Shown piece after piece: positions 29,780 through 41,794 of a stretch of DNA of 41,794 bases. The stretch is taken from NCBI GenBank assembly GCA_003166335.1, contig PMWA01000019.1, positions 1 to 41,794 of the forward strand. The letters run 5' to 3'. This DNA comes from Methanobacterium sp. GTDB lineage: Archaea > Methanobacteriota > Methanobacteria > Methanobacteriales > Methanobacteriaceae. Position numbers and translations under genes: made by a program. Numbering within the stretch: position 1 is the first letter of the stretch; every line of letters starts with the position of its first letter. The notes below the pieces were generated by a model. That model was given only the letters and a program-made list of their open reading frames with translations, made no database searches and was not told the origin of the DNA.

Positions 29780-30869
29780 TTGTTCTTTATGTATTTAATA
29801 GCTCAAAATAATTTCCAATTAATTGTAGAATTCGGGTTTTTATTAACTATTGGTGTTATATTACTTTTGAATATAGTGCCTTTATCTTTAAGCTTCGTAT
29901 TATTAATTGCATTAATAATTAGCATCTGTTTAACTCTTTTATTCGGTTTTGACGCTGTATCACTGGTTTTAGGGTATTCAAATTATGAGTTCACTCATCC
30001 TTATGGTTCTATTGCATTATTTTCAATTGTAACCTGTCTAACTGCTATTTATATGATGGATGACCTAAACCTTAACAATCGGAAAATAAAAATCTTCATA
30101 ATACTCCTGGTAATCATTATAGCACTTGTTGGGGGAACAGTACACAGAGATTTCCTAGGTATGTGGATTTTAGGATTAGTAATTGGATTATTCCTTTTAT
30201 CCAAATCATTCCGCAGAAAAACAGTGCTAACACTTAAAAATATAGTCCTGGTAATTATTATTACATTAGGAGCCTTCGGTTTTTTCCAAGCAGTATCAGT
30301 GATATTAAATTTAACTGTGATAAGTCCTTTTTTAAGACTGATACGAATAGATCAAAACTCAGTAACCAGTATTACGATGGTTTTACATAATACTTATCTC
30401 ATAGGTCATAATCCATTATCCGCTTATTTAGTTAATTCAACAGGATTCGCGGACGGATATGTATCACTGCCCTTAACTTTAATCAAACTATTAGGATTAC
30501 CATTCCCCGAATTCTACGGTACTTTAGTTAATAAAAAAGATGTGATAGATTACTTCGTACCCGGAGTATTAGGTTATGGATATGATTTCGGTTACATCAT
30601 AATGATCCTATTCCTTATGTACGTGGTAGGAGTAGTACTCATCGGTTTGAAAATCCTCAAGAAGTATAGAAGTAACAGAGAAAATGGTAAAAAAATTTAT
30701 TGGGAAAAGAGGCTTTACTTATAGGATCTATAACCGCTTTTATAAGCCAAGCTTGGATTGGATTGGATTCTTCATAATCAACCGTGACATTAACGGAACA
30801 GCATTGGTAACCTTCTTATTCCTAGGAGCCATGGTATTAGGACATTTATTTATAATTAAGAAAAATTAA
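29780..30869 (+). pseudogene. Polytopic membrane protein with two 3' frameshifts
   Basis: Shift in the A-run near 30690; a middle frame reads LLGKEALLIGSITAFISQAWIG; a 5-nt GGATT duplication near 30755-30769 then leads to FFIINRDINGTALVTFLFL. Confidence 0.75.
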
Positions 30870-30925
30870 AAAAAAATAATTATAAACAAGTTTTTATCAT
30901 TTAGATTATTCCTACTTTAACATGT

Positions 30926-32206
30926 TTAGACTTTTTCTTCATTTTTATAGTCATTAGTGATGCCATGCATTGCTAATCCTATTAAACAGAGTGATGCATA
31001 TGAAATTGCAAACACTACAATTGCAATGATTATCACGGCAAGCATTTCCAACCCTAATTGCTGTATTGCGGCTATTCCCCCTCCAAATAATAATCCATTC
31101 GGTAAATTAGCGTTACCTGAAGCTGCTGCGAAAGCTTTTTGAGTAAAGAATGCTATCATAGCTACTCCAAATATCCCGCCGAGTAAATGTCCCGGAAACA
31201 AGCCCACCGGGTCTGAGAACCATTTTTGTCGGTTAAAGAATCTCTCACCTGCAACGAATAATGGTCCACCCAGTAATCCGAGAATTACACTACTGGCTGG
31301 ACTGACGAATCCTGCAATGGGTGTTATAATAATTAATCCTATTAAAACGCCGTTTGCTGCGTATATTAATCCGGGATTAGTTTTTGTAACATAGTACTGG
31401 GTGAACATGGTAGATAGGAAGGCGGATGCTGCAGCTAAGAAGGTGGTTATAACGACAACCATTGCTTCACTATTGAATGCCAGCACGCTGCCGGGATTGA
31501 ATCCAAACCATCCCACCCATAATAGGAGAATGGAGAAGGTTAGCCAGCCGGGGCTGATTGATGGATTGATTTTAGGACTTGTTTTCATTCCTTTTTGTTT
31601 TTCTTCCTGCCATATTTTTAGAACTATTGCAAGGCCAGCTATTCCAGCTGCCCCGTGAACAATTAATCCACCTGCGAAGTCTCTTACTCCCATTAAATAA
31701 AGCCATCCTGTGGGATTCCAGATCCATGCGGCGGGCAGATTCCATATTAAGATGAAATATATCACGGCAAATGCTATGAAGGCTTCTAACTTCATTTTTT
31801 TAAGTGCTACAACTCCTACAAGGGCTAAAGTAACTGATGCAAATGCTGTCTCGAAGAGAAAATATGTTCCTGTTGTTAAACCTGTTCCAAAATATTGTGT
31901 AGTCATCGACCACCATACGCCAGTTAGTATTCCTGGTGAACTAGTTGAGAACCCGCTAAGGAATATACCATTGTAAAGGGGATTTCCTATTATTCCAAGA
32001 ATGGTGGGTGCAAATGCTGTATTAAATCCCAGAAAAGCCATAACGAAAAGTGCAGTTCCAGTTATTAGGAGTGTTTTTAAAAGGCTGTTTGAGAAACGCA
32101 TCCCTAATTCGCCTACTTCAAGCAGTCCAACTGCAACTGTCATAGTGAAGACAAATAACGCCGCTAAAATAACCCATAGATTATTGATTAAGTTTATATC
32201 ACTCAC
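30926..32206 (-). CDS. amt: Ammonium transporter (Amt family)
   Basis: DFAGGLIVH, LWVGWFGFNPGS, NGVLIGLIIITP, second His in FPGHLLGG; 11 TM pattern. Confidence 0.93.
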   Translation of the reverse strand: MSDINLINNLWVILAALFVFTMTVAVGLLEVGELGMRFSNSLLKTLLITGTALFVMAFLGFNTAFAPTILGIIGNPLYNGIFLSGFSTSSPGILTGVWWSMTTQYFGTGLTTGTYFLFETAFASVTLALVGVVALKKMKLEAFIAFAVIYFILIWNLPAAWIWNPTGWLYLMGVRDFAGGLIVHGAAGIAGLAIVLKIWQEEKQKGMKTSPKINPSISPGWLTFSILLLWVGWFGFNPGSVLAFNSEAMVVVITTFLAAASAFLSTMFTQYYVTKTNPGLIYAANGVLIGLIIITPIAGFVSPASSVILGLLGGPLFVAGERFFNRQKWFSDPVGLFPGHLLGGIFGVAMIAFFTQKAFAAASGNANLPNGLLFGGGIAAIQQLGLEMLAVIIIAIVVFAISYASLCLIGLAMHGITNDYKNEEKV

Positions 32207-32385
32207 AATTGGATAACCTCAGTTTTAGGCTTGATTAAAATAAAAATTTTACTTTAAAATAAGATTTAACATTTAGATAATTTTTTTTATTTAAATTTAG
32301 TTTTCTAAAAAAATGTATGAAGAGTTAAAAAAAAATTAGAATTTATATTTTATTTAAAAATTCTTTAACTCACCTAATTTTTATT

Positions 32386-33216
32386 TTAACTTAAAAAATC
32401 TAGTAATTCAGTGTTTATTTGATCTGCATGGGTCCATATTAAGCCATGAGGAGCATTGTCCACTTCGACATATTTACAATCCTTAATAGCTTCGCGTAAA
32501 CGTCTTCCGGTTGCGTCAATGGGAAGGATTCGATCGGCGTTACCATGCATTATTAATGTAGGTACATTTATATTTCTAAGGTCTTTTCGGAAGTCTGTTA
32601 ACCATGCTTTCACGCATTCATATGTTCCAATGGGGGATGCTCTTGATGCAACATTCCAACTATATTGATTGACTTGTTTACTTATTAGTTCACCTTCTAG
32701 TACATCTAGATTATAGAAATCATGGAGAAATTGAGTGAGGTAAGCAAGGCGATCAGATTTTATGGCACTCATAATCCCGTCGAAGACACTTTGGTCTACT
32801 CCCATAGGATTATCAGATGTTTTTAATAAGTATGGTGGAATTGAAGATAAGAGAACTGCTTTTTCAACTCGATCTGAACCATATTCGCCTAAGTAGCGAG
32901 TTACTTCACCAGTACCCATTGAAAATCCGATTAATGTAATTTCATGCAAGTTTAATGCTTTAATTACTTTATCCAAGTCTGCCGAAAACGTTTCATAATC
33001 ATAACCATTCGAGGGTTTACTTGATTGACCGAATCCTCTGCGGTCATATGTGATGACACGGTAACCAGCATCGAGTAAAACCGACTCCTGCTTCTCCCAA
33101 GAGCCGCAGTTTAAAGGCCATCCATGTATTAGAACTACTGGTTTACCTGTTCCATGATCCTCATAGTGAAGATTGATTTCCTTGGAATTTTCTTTACCAA
33201 CATTAATGTATTGCAT
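32386..33216 (-). CDS. Alpha/beta hydrolase, non-heme haloperoxidase/perhydrolase type
   Basis: HGWP, YDRRGFGQS, GFSMG nucleophile elbow, HGNADRILP, APHGL. Confidence 0.93.
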   Translation of the reverse strand: MQYINVGKENSKEINLHYEDHGTGKPVVLIHGWPLNCGSWEKQESVLLDAGYRVITYDRRGFGQSSKPSNGYDYETFSADLDKVIKALNLHEITLIGFSMGTGEVTRYLGEYGSDRVEKAVLLSSIPPYLLKTSDNPMGVDQSVFDGIMSAIKSDRLAYLTQFLHDFYNLDVLEGELISKQVNQYSWNVASRASPIGTYECVKAWLTDFRKDLRNINVPTLIMHGNADRILPIDATGRRLREAIKDCKYVEVDNAPHGLIWTHADQINTELLDFLS

Positions 33217-33788
33217 ATTATCTCATCCCTTCCCATATAGAGTAAAATAATTCAAATTTTTTTGTTTCTTAAAAAAAATTTTTTTTAATTTTCCAATATA
33301 ATTGATTTTACTATTATTATATTGAGTTTTGAATCCTATAATTATTTCGACATTTTATTACCGCTTATTCCATTATGTATATGGGATGATAATGAATGAT
33401 TATTTTCTCTTAATATTAGATATTAAATACTCTAAATCCCTTTTTAAGGTATTATTATAGCTTATTGTTTGAGGTAAAAATTATATTGAGCACATTATGT
33501 AATCAAACCTATTAATTAGGAAGAATTAGGGAATTTAATTTGCAAAAACTAGGTTTTTAACATTCTACATGTAATTCTCGTAATTATAGTTCAGATACAA
33601 AGGAATAGAATTAATATTTTTTTTTATAAAATTTTTTATATAAAGTATTTTTTTTATGTTTAAAAAATCAAAATTATTATTAATTACAATGAACATAAAT
33701 TATAGTGTATTATTATGTTATAAGGTAAAGTAGAATGAATTAGGGAATAAAATTGTTTTTCTATTTTAAAAAAAAGGAGTTGAAATTA

Positions 33789-34148
33789 ATGTCTAGAGTA
33801 ATATGGTTTGAGATACCAGCAGATGATCCGGGAAGAGCTGCTAAATTTTATGAAGATGTTTTCGGATGGAAAATCGAAAAATGGGAAGGTCCTTTCGATT
33901 ATTGGTTGGTAACCACGGGAGAAGGTGATGAACCCGGTATTGATGGAGCTATAATGCCTAAAGACATGGGTGAAATGGTTAGAGATACCATTGGCGTTGA
34001 ATCATACGATGAATTTGCAAAGAAAATCGAAATGGAAGGCGGTAAAATGTTAACTGAAAAAATGACCATCCCCGGAAGGGGTGTCATGGGATCATTTAAA
34101 GATACCGAAGGAAACATCTTCGCATTAATGGAACCTAAAATTGATTAA
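33789..34148 (+). CDS. VOC/glyoxalase family protein
   Basis: [32 protein letters not shown] 33789 follows AGGAG (ORF track starts at 33753). Confidence 0.92.
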   Translation: MSRVIWFEIPADDPGRAAKFYEDVFGWKIEKWEGPFDYWLVTTGEGDEPGIDGAIMPKDMGEMVRDTIGVESYDEFAKKIEMEGGKMLTEKMTIPGRGVMGSFKDTEGNIFALMEPKID

Positions 34149-34182
34149 AAAAATTTTTAAAAGTCTATAAAGGGATACTGTA

Positions 34183-34656
34183 ATGCAAAAGATTATTCCA
34201 TTTTTGTGGTTAGATGGTAAAGCTGAAGAGGCTATGAATTTTTATACATCTATTTTTAAAAATTCAAAATTAATTAATATTATGCGTAATGGAGAAGCAG
34301 GACCCGGACCGGAGGGAACGCTAATGTCCGCCACATTCCAGCTTGATGGGCAAGAATTTATTGCATTAAACGGTGGACCTCAATTCACATTTTCACCAGC
34401 GATATCATTCTTTGTTAACTGTAAGACACAGGATGAAGTTGATGATTTGTGGATGAAGCTTTCCGAAGATGGTGAAACACAAGGACCCGGCTGGGTTAAA
34501 GATAAATATGGAGTGTCATGGCAAATAGTCCCTTTGGAATTGGGGGAGATGTTGAATGATCCTGACTCTGAAAAATCGCAAAATGTTATGAAGGCCCTGC
34601 TTCAAATGGATAAACTTGACATAAAAAAATTAAAACAAGCTTACCATAGGGACTAA
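34183..34656 (+). CDS. VOC family protein, PhnB-like
   Basis: [50 protein letters not shown]. Confidence 0.93.
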   Translation: MQKIIPFLWLDGKAEEAMNFYTSIFKNSKLINIMRNGEAGPGPEGTLMSATFQLDGQEFIALNGGPQFTFSPAISFFVNCKTQDEVDDLWMKLSEDGETQGPGWVKDKYGVSWQIVPLELGEMLNDPDSEKSQNVMKALLQMDKLDIKKLKQAYHRD

Positions 34657-34917
34657 TTTCAAAGAATAAAACACTTATTTTTTTTTTAATAAAATTTTTT
34701 TTATAATATTTTTTGAAGATATTTCTGCAATTGTAGTAATATGCTGTTTAAACAACTCTTTTTTGGGAATAAACTTAAATATTATTTAATTATTCTTTAA
34801 TGTTGATATTGATTATATTAGTGGCATTATAGTTTTTTGGTTAACATTAATGATATTAACATAATTACTTCACAACCAGCGCTTATTGTGGGCATTTCAA
34901 TACTAATCTAAGTACAT

Positions 34918-34993
34918 TCAAGCGAAAAATTCAAAAAAACACCAGCAACATTACAATAACCTATAGAAGAACCTGAAAAACAGGTAGAAATAA
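34918..34993 (+). pseudogene. 3'-end remnant of a DUF4013 paralogue
   Basis: Aligns with 35894-35969; 23-nt exact match acctatagaagaacctgaaaaac at 34959-34981 and 35935-35957. Confidence 0.8.
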
Positions 34994-35236
34994 AAATTTA
35001 TTCATTATTATTTAAAAGATTTTTTATTTTTTTTTAATTTTAAGTCATGCTCTCCACTATTCATAGCCTAAAGTCATGGGAAATAATGACGTATATAGAA
35101 TTATTCCAGTTATCATAAGCTTTTATAATTTTAAACTTTTTTTTAAATCGATTTTTTGAAGCATAATATTTTATACGGAATCAAAAATAAATAATTAAGT
35201 GTAATAATTATTTAATTTAGGGGAGGTTAAAGAAAA

Positions 35237-35968
35237 ATGGATGTTGGAGAGATAATTTCAAATGCGATGAGGTATCCGTCTTCTGATTGGAAAAAAATAA
35301 TAATATTAGGAGTAATACTAATCATCCCCATCGTGGACTTTATTGGTTTAGGTTATATTTTAAGAATAATAAAATCAACTATTGCTAGTTACGATGACTT
35401 ACCAGAATTCGATGATTTAGGTGAATTATTTATAGACGGTTTAAAAGTGCTGGTGGTCAGCATAATATATAATATAATTCCTTTGATTGTAATATTTATA
35501 GGAATATTTGGATCTATAGCTGCGTTGGGCGGAGCTGCGAATATCACTGCAAATCCATTAGTATTCGCTGGATTGTTGGGTATAACTGTTATAATTGGAT
35601 TAATATTAGCTGTTATATTTGGAATATTTGAAATAATAGCATTAGCAAACATGGCATTTTATGATGAATTGGGAGCAGCCTTCAAATTCAGTGAAATACT
35701 GGAAAGAATATCTAAAATAGGATGGGGAAAATACATTATCTGGCTTATAGTTATGATCATTATCGGAATCATAGCGGCAATCATAACCAGTATATTAAGT
35801 GCAATTCCCTACATAGGACTTATTATCGCAATTATATTCGTATACTCATACTTTTACATGTTTGTAGGAAGATCAATTGCTTTAATATTTACATCAAGCG
35901 AAGAGATTCAGAAAACACCAACAACACCTCAAGTACCTATAGAAGAACCTGAAAAACCCGTAGAATAA
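35237..35968 (+). CDS. DUF4013 membrane protein
   Basis: VGEIISNAMRYPSSDW, GYILRII, LPEFDDLGELFIDGLK, GAAFKF. Confidence 0.92.
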   Translation: MDVGEIISNAMRYPSSDWKKIIILGVILIIPIVDFIGLGYILRIIKSTIASYDDLPEFDDLGELFIDGLKVLVVSIIYNIIPLIVIFIGIFGSIAALGGAANITANPLVFAGLLGITVIIGLILAVIFGIFEIIALANMAFYDELGAAFKFSEILERISKIGWGKYIIWLIVMIIIGIIAAIITSILSAIPYIGLIIAIIFVYSYFYMFVGRSIALIFTSSEEIQKTPTTPQVPIEEPEKPVE

Positions 35969-36048
35969 AATAGTAATTATTTGAAAAGAAAAACTTTATT
36001 CAGAACGAAACTTCATCTTTTATTTATTTTTTTTTAAAAAAATTTTTT

Positions 36049-36894
36049 ATGAGTGATTTATATTTGAAAATGAAGTTTAAAAGTTTAATAATAGATTCTA
36101 TCCGATTTGCAGCGGCTGATTGGTATAATGTAATAATTTTAGGGTTAACTCTTTTTTTGATAGAGAATCTGGATACGTTACCCGGTAATCCGCCAGGTAT
36201 AGATTTATATGACATAACATTTTGGATTATTATAGGATTTCTAATTTTAATGGAAGCAGGTTATTTATATCGTATAATTCATGAAACAATTAATGGATCA
36301 ACTCATCCTCCTCGACTTAATAAGCTGCATAAAATGTTTTTACATGGATTTAAGGAAATAGCAGTTTTTTTCATCTACTTTTCTATACCTATCATCATTT
36401 TAGGTGTGGAAGCATTTGATTTTAGACATTATTTAGATCCACTCTATGTAAATCCTCATATCCTCACTTATTATTTAATTGACGATATAATCTTCTTTCA
36501 TTTAGTTCCACTTATTACATCATATCAATTTGATCTGCGAATTATTTTTTTCTCGATGGTTATTTTATTAATAATGTTCATTTATTTCATTTATTTATGC
36601 GCATTACTTAATATGGTACATAATAATGGCACTATTCGTTCAGGATTCGATTTTAAGGGTTTGTATCAAAGATTAATAGAGGCTGGAGCAAAAAATTTAT
36701 TAGCAGTATTCCTCCTCCTAGCTTTAGTAATTACCATATTAGGAGCAGACTTTTTTTCTGGGACTTTTGAATTTATTCCAGTAAATATTTATGGCTGGAA
36801 TATCTTAGATATAATAATACAATTACTGCTGGTTCCATTCCTTTTAACTTTAAGTATAAGACTTTTAGGATTAATTAGTAGACCAACCATTTAA
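36049..36894 (+). CDS. DUF4013 membrane protein, divergent
   Basis: IIDSIRF..DW, GYLYRII, PPRLN...MFLHGFK, SGFDFK. Confidence 0.85.
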   Translation: MSDLYLKMKFKSLIIDSIRFAAADWYNVIILGLTLFLIENLDTLPGNPPGIDLYDITFWIIIGFLILMEAGYLYRIIHETINGSTHPPRLNKLHKMFLHGFKEIAVFFIYFSIPIIILGVEAFDFRHYLDPLYVNPHILTYYLIDDIIFFHLVPLITSYQFDLRIIFFSMVILLIMFIYFIYLCALLNMVHNNGTIRSGFDFKGLYQRLIEAGAKNLLAVFLLLALVITILGADFFSGTFEFIPVNIYGWNILDIIIQLLLVPFLLTLSIRLLGLISRPTI

Positions 36895-36961
36895 AAAGTA
36901 AGAAAATTTTTATTTAGAATTTAAAACAAGATTTATTTTAAATATAAATATGAAAAAGATG

Positions 36962-37040
<79 letters not shown>

Positions 37041-37045
37041 AACTG

Positions 37046-37122
<77 letters not shown>

Positions 37123-37125
37123 AAA

Positions 37126-37202
<77 letters not shown>

Positions 37203-37302
37203 ATGCCAAGCAAAGGATGTAAACCGTGCACTATTATCTCAGGGCTTACAAGATTTTAAAACATAGCACATCAAGATGTAATTTTAAAGTTGATGTTTAT
37301 TA

Positions 37303-37318
37303 TATATAAATATTTTGG
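37303..37318 (-). promoter_or_regulatory. BRE/TATA promoter of the tRNA-Asn-Ile2-Glu cluster
   Basis: Minus strand CCAAAA-TA-TTTATATA. Confidence 0.65.
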
Positions 37319-37460
37319 CTAGAAGAATAAAACAAGTTTGTTTATTTCTTTATTAATCTTTTGTAACTTTTTCTGTTTTAACTATTAGGTGCAAAAGTAT
37401 TTTTTTAAGTATTTGTTTTAAATAATTAATAGTTACTAATTTTATAAATTTGAAAGGTAA

Positions 37461-38453
37461 ATGATGAATGTTATAAAAAAAATAGAAAACCACAAAACTC
37501 TTGATCTTATTAATAAAGCCAATAAAATTACTCTGAATGGTTATGGTAATAAAATTACTCTTGAAAGAGCAATTTTCATTTCATGGTGGTGTGATAAAGG
37601 TGATTGTGCCTTCTGCTACATGTCATCCCAGAAATCAAAAATAAAAGATCCTAAAAAGGCTAGAAGAAATGTTAATTCTATTCTAGCTGAGGCTGAGCTA
37701 GTAAAAAGGATTGGTTGGAACATTGAATTCATTTCGGGAGGTTATGATTCATTCAGTACTGAAGAAATAAGAAATATCTCCCAAAAAATTTATGAAATAA
37801 GTGGAAAACCAGTTTGGCTTAACGTAGGCATCACTAAGGACTTAGAAAAATATGGTGAAGAAATTATTGGTGTAACTGGGGCAATAGAGGCTGCAAATCC
37901 TGTTCTTCATGATAAAATTTGTCCAAGCAAATCCTTGGAGGATATTATTGAAATGCTGGAACTTGCTGATGATTTGGGATTTAAAAAGGCAATAACCATA
38001 ATTCTTGGATTGGGGGAGACTTCAGAAGATTTAAACTATCTTTTCAATCTTATAAATGATTTAGGAATTCAAAGGATTATTTTTTATTCATTAAATCCTC
38101 ATAGGGATACTATTTATGAAAATTCACCACAACCGGCATCACTTTATTATGCGGGAACAGTAGCGGCTACAAGAATAAAATTCCCACAACTGGAAATAAT
38201 TACCGGCACTTGGATAGATAATTTAGCTAATATTGGGCCTTTGCTTCTTGCGGGCGCTAATGGCATTACTAAATTTCCGTTATTCAAGATGTTCGGTACA
38301 AATTACGGTCGAAGAGTGGAGGAAGAGGTTAAATGGGCAGGAAGAGAACTTAGGGGGACATTTACGGATTATGATCAACTTAAGATGGGTAAAAGTCCTA
38401 TGCCTAATCTTGAACCATTTATAAAAAGATATATTGATAAATGTCTTAAATAA
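37461..38453 (+). CDS. Radical SAM protein, biotin synthase-like clade
   Basis: ERAIFISWWCDKGDCAFCYM (Cx4Cx2C), ISGG, IILGLGET, LNPHRDT. Confidence 0.9.
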   Translation: MMNVIKKIENHKTLDLINKANKITLNGYGNKITLERAIFISWWCDKGDCAFCYMSSQKSKIKDPKKARRNVNSILAEAELVKRIGWNIEFISGGYDSFSTEEIRNISQKIYEISGKPVWLNVGITKDLEKYGEEIIGVTGAIEAANPVLHDKICPSKSLEDIIEMLELADDLGFKKAITIILGLGETSEDLNYLFNLINDLGIQRIIFYSLNPHRDTIYENSPQPASLYYAGTVAATRIKFPQLEIITGTWIDNLANIGPLLLAGANGITKFPLFKMFGTNYGRRVEEEVKWAGRELRGTFTDYDQLKMGKSPMPNLEPFIKRYIDKCLK

Positions 38454-38672
38454 ATGCTAGGACTGAAAAAGTGTTTTTAAGTAAGATTTAAGATTAATAA
38501 TTTTTAATTTGAAGTAAATTCAAGAAGTTGTTAATGTGATTCCATGTATTAAAATATATAGATTATAAATAAAAAAATGTAGATAATAATTTTTATTAAT
38601 CTATAAAAAACCTGAATTAGAATATATTTAAATAAAATTGAAATAATATCTTTTTTAAATAAAGTTCCAAAT

Positions 38673-38755
<83 letters not shown>

Positions 38756-38840
38756 TTTATAATCTTTGTTTAAAATAATTAAAAATAATTTTATAATACA
38801 TAAAATTGTCATAACTTTTTAAGGAGGAATAAAAATTAAG

Positions 38841-40190
<1,350 letters not shown>

Positions 40191-40353
40191 AATAAGCTAA
40201 ATTAAGAAATCTTTTTTATAAAAGGTGGAAAATTTTTTATCAATCTTCTAACATACCAATTTTTAAATTTTAAAAATGATTAAATAGTAAATTAAAAAAT
40301 TTTTTTCGATGATTTTTATTATTAATTCCTAAGAAATTCAGGTTTGAATATAG

Positions 40354-40581
40354 ATGGCAAAAAACATATTGAATATGATTCTTTGGCATCCTGAAATGAG
40401 AATAGATCAAGCTAAAATAAGTTACATCCACAGGGGAGCTCCTGGGAATCTTAAAACAATCAAAGGAAGTTTCGTTAATCGATTGGAAAATGGGTTCTTG
40501 ATACTAAACGATGGAACTCAGATTCCATTTCATAGAATAATTAAAATAGAATATAATGATAAAACACTGTGTATTCGATAA
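40354..40581 (+). CDS. DUF504/MJ1316 family protein
   Basis: NILNMILWHP, ISYIHRG, IPFHRI. Confidence 0.88.
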   Translation: MAKNILNMILWHPEMRIDQAKISYIHRGAPGNLKTIKGSFVNRLENGFLILNDGTQIPFHRIIKIEYNDKTLCIR

Positions 40582-40601
40582 TTTATATATGGAGATTTAA
40601 G

Positions 40602-41396
40602 ATGAGTAGTGCGGCTCTTGTAAAGGATTATATGACTAAAAAGGTTATCACTGTTAATCCAGATACACCCAATGAGGAAGTTATAAAGTTGATGAGAGGT
40701 AGTGGTCACGATGGATTTCCTGTTAGAACTAATGGAGAAGTTGTTGGAATGGTGACGGCTTCTGATTTGCTCTTAAAACCATGGGATATTAATGTTGGGG
40801 AGATAATGTCTACGGATATAGTGGTGGCCGATCAGGAAATGTCTATCAATGACGCTGCCAGGGTGATGTTTAGAACGGGCATATCCAGATTGCCGGTAAT
40901 AAATAAAGAATGTAAACTGGTAGGCATAATAACTAACACCGATATTGTAAGATCACATATTGAAAGATCCACTCCTACGAAAGTTAATTACTTCAAGAGG
41001 ACTCTTGAACAATTATATGGCATTAAAACTAAGTTAGTGAGAATGAAGGTTCCTATAAAGGATCTTAGACCTACTCAAAATAAAATATACGCTGATGAAC
41101 TTCAAGGCAGGACTTATGAGCTTAAAAGAGGTTTGGCAGAGCCAACAATAGTGGTTAAGGTGGGTGATAGATTTATATTAGTGGATGGTCATCATAGGAC
41201 TGTTGCTGCTCTTAAATTAGGTTATGATCAAATTGATTCTTATGTTATTAATTTGGATGAAGATATAAAGTTAGGCTTGGAGAAAACTGCAGATAAAGAG
41301 GGGATATATACTTTTTGGGATATAGAAGTCATCGATGATGCTCAACACCCTTTAATTGCCCTGACTGGCACCCTTAGAAAGGAGGATCAAAAGTGA
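40602..41396 (+). CDS. CBS-pair plus ParB/Srx-like domain protein
   Basis: VKDYMT..., [20 protein letters not shown]-terminal LRPTQ and LVDGHHR; ATG 40602 after GGAGA. Confidence 0.92.
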   Translation: MSSAALVKDYMTKKVITVNPDTPNEEVIKLMRGSGHDGFPVRTNGEVVGMVTASDLLLKPWDINVGEIMSTDIVVADQEMSINDAARVMFRTGISRLPVINKECKLVGIITNTDIVRSHIERSTPTKVNYFKRTLEQLYGIKTKLVRMKVPIKDLRPTQNKIYADELQGRTYELKRGLAEPTIVVKVGDRFILVDGHHRTVAALKLGYDQIDSYVINLDEDIKLGLEKTADKEGIYTFWDIEVIDDAQHPLIALTGTLRKEDQK

Positions 41397-41680
41397 GGGA
41401 TAAAATCATTAGAGAAGTTTATCAAGTATTAGAGGAGAGAAGAGATTATCCTATTGATTCCTATACTTCGGATATTATGAGGGATGATGAAAAATGGGCT
41501 GAAGATAAAATATTGGAGAAAATCGGTGAGGAAGCTACTGAACTTGTAATAGCCTCTAAAAATGATGAAAATATAGTTTATGAAGCAACTGACCTAATAT
41601 TCCACACAATGCTTCTCCTAGTTTATAAAGGTGTAGAATTAGATGAACTTTTTAAAGAATTTGAGCGGAGAAGAAGTTAA
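41393..41680 (+). CDS. hisE: Phosphoribosyl-ATP diphosphatase
   Basis: [24 protein letters not shown] start/stop overlap with the upstream gene. Confidence 0.95.
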   Translation: MRDKIIREVYQVLEERRDYPIDSYTSDIMRDDEKWAEDKILEKIGEEATELVIASKNDENIVYEATDLIFHTMLLLVYKGVELDELFKEFERRRS

Positions 41681-41794
41681 ATTTACAAATCTTCATGAAA
41701 GACTATTATTTTTACTATTAAACAGAGTTTAAGCATAATATATTTATCTTCCTATAACCTCTTCTATAAATCTACTTTTAATATCCTCCGGTTC

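Overview
Low-GC archaeal chromosomal DNA, most consistent with a Methanobacterium-like member of the Methanobacteriaceae (inference from archaeal tRNAs without encoded CCA, TATA/BRE promoters, TrmB, DUF4013 paralogues and the gatB-CBS/ParB-hisE block). Positions ~1-36.9 kb are accessory. They hold several membrane transport genes: a Cys-less pentameric ligand-gated ion channel, two convergent TMEM175 paralogues, a CDF-like transporter flanked by two winged-helix-like domains, an atypical lone Amt and an MFS. They also hold a REC-multi-PAS histidine kinase and a TrmB-associated redox/detoxification cluster (YcaC-like hydrolase, rhodanese, pirin, SnoaL-like, CDGSH, Rieske, Fe-S aldo/keto reductase) with a 28-bp palindromic candidate operator seen twice. 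A secreted M14-like peptidase with three Ig-like repeats, three DUF4013 genes and many decaying pseudogenes or fragments complete this part. From ~36.9 kb the window looks like core genome: tRNA-Asn/Ile2/Glu cluster, radical SAM protein, tRNA-Leu, gatB, DUF504, CBS-ParB and hisE. No CRISPR array, integrase or transposase was seen. All family assignments are by eye from motifs; no database search was run.
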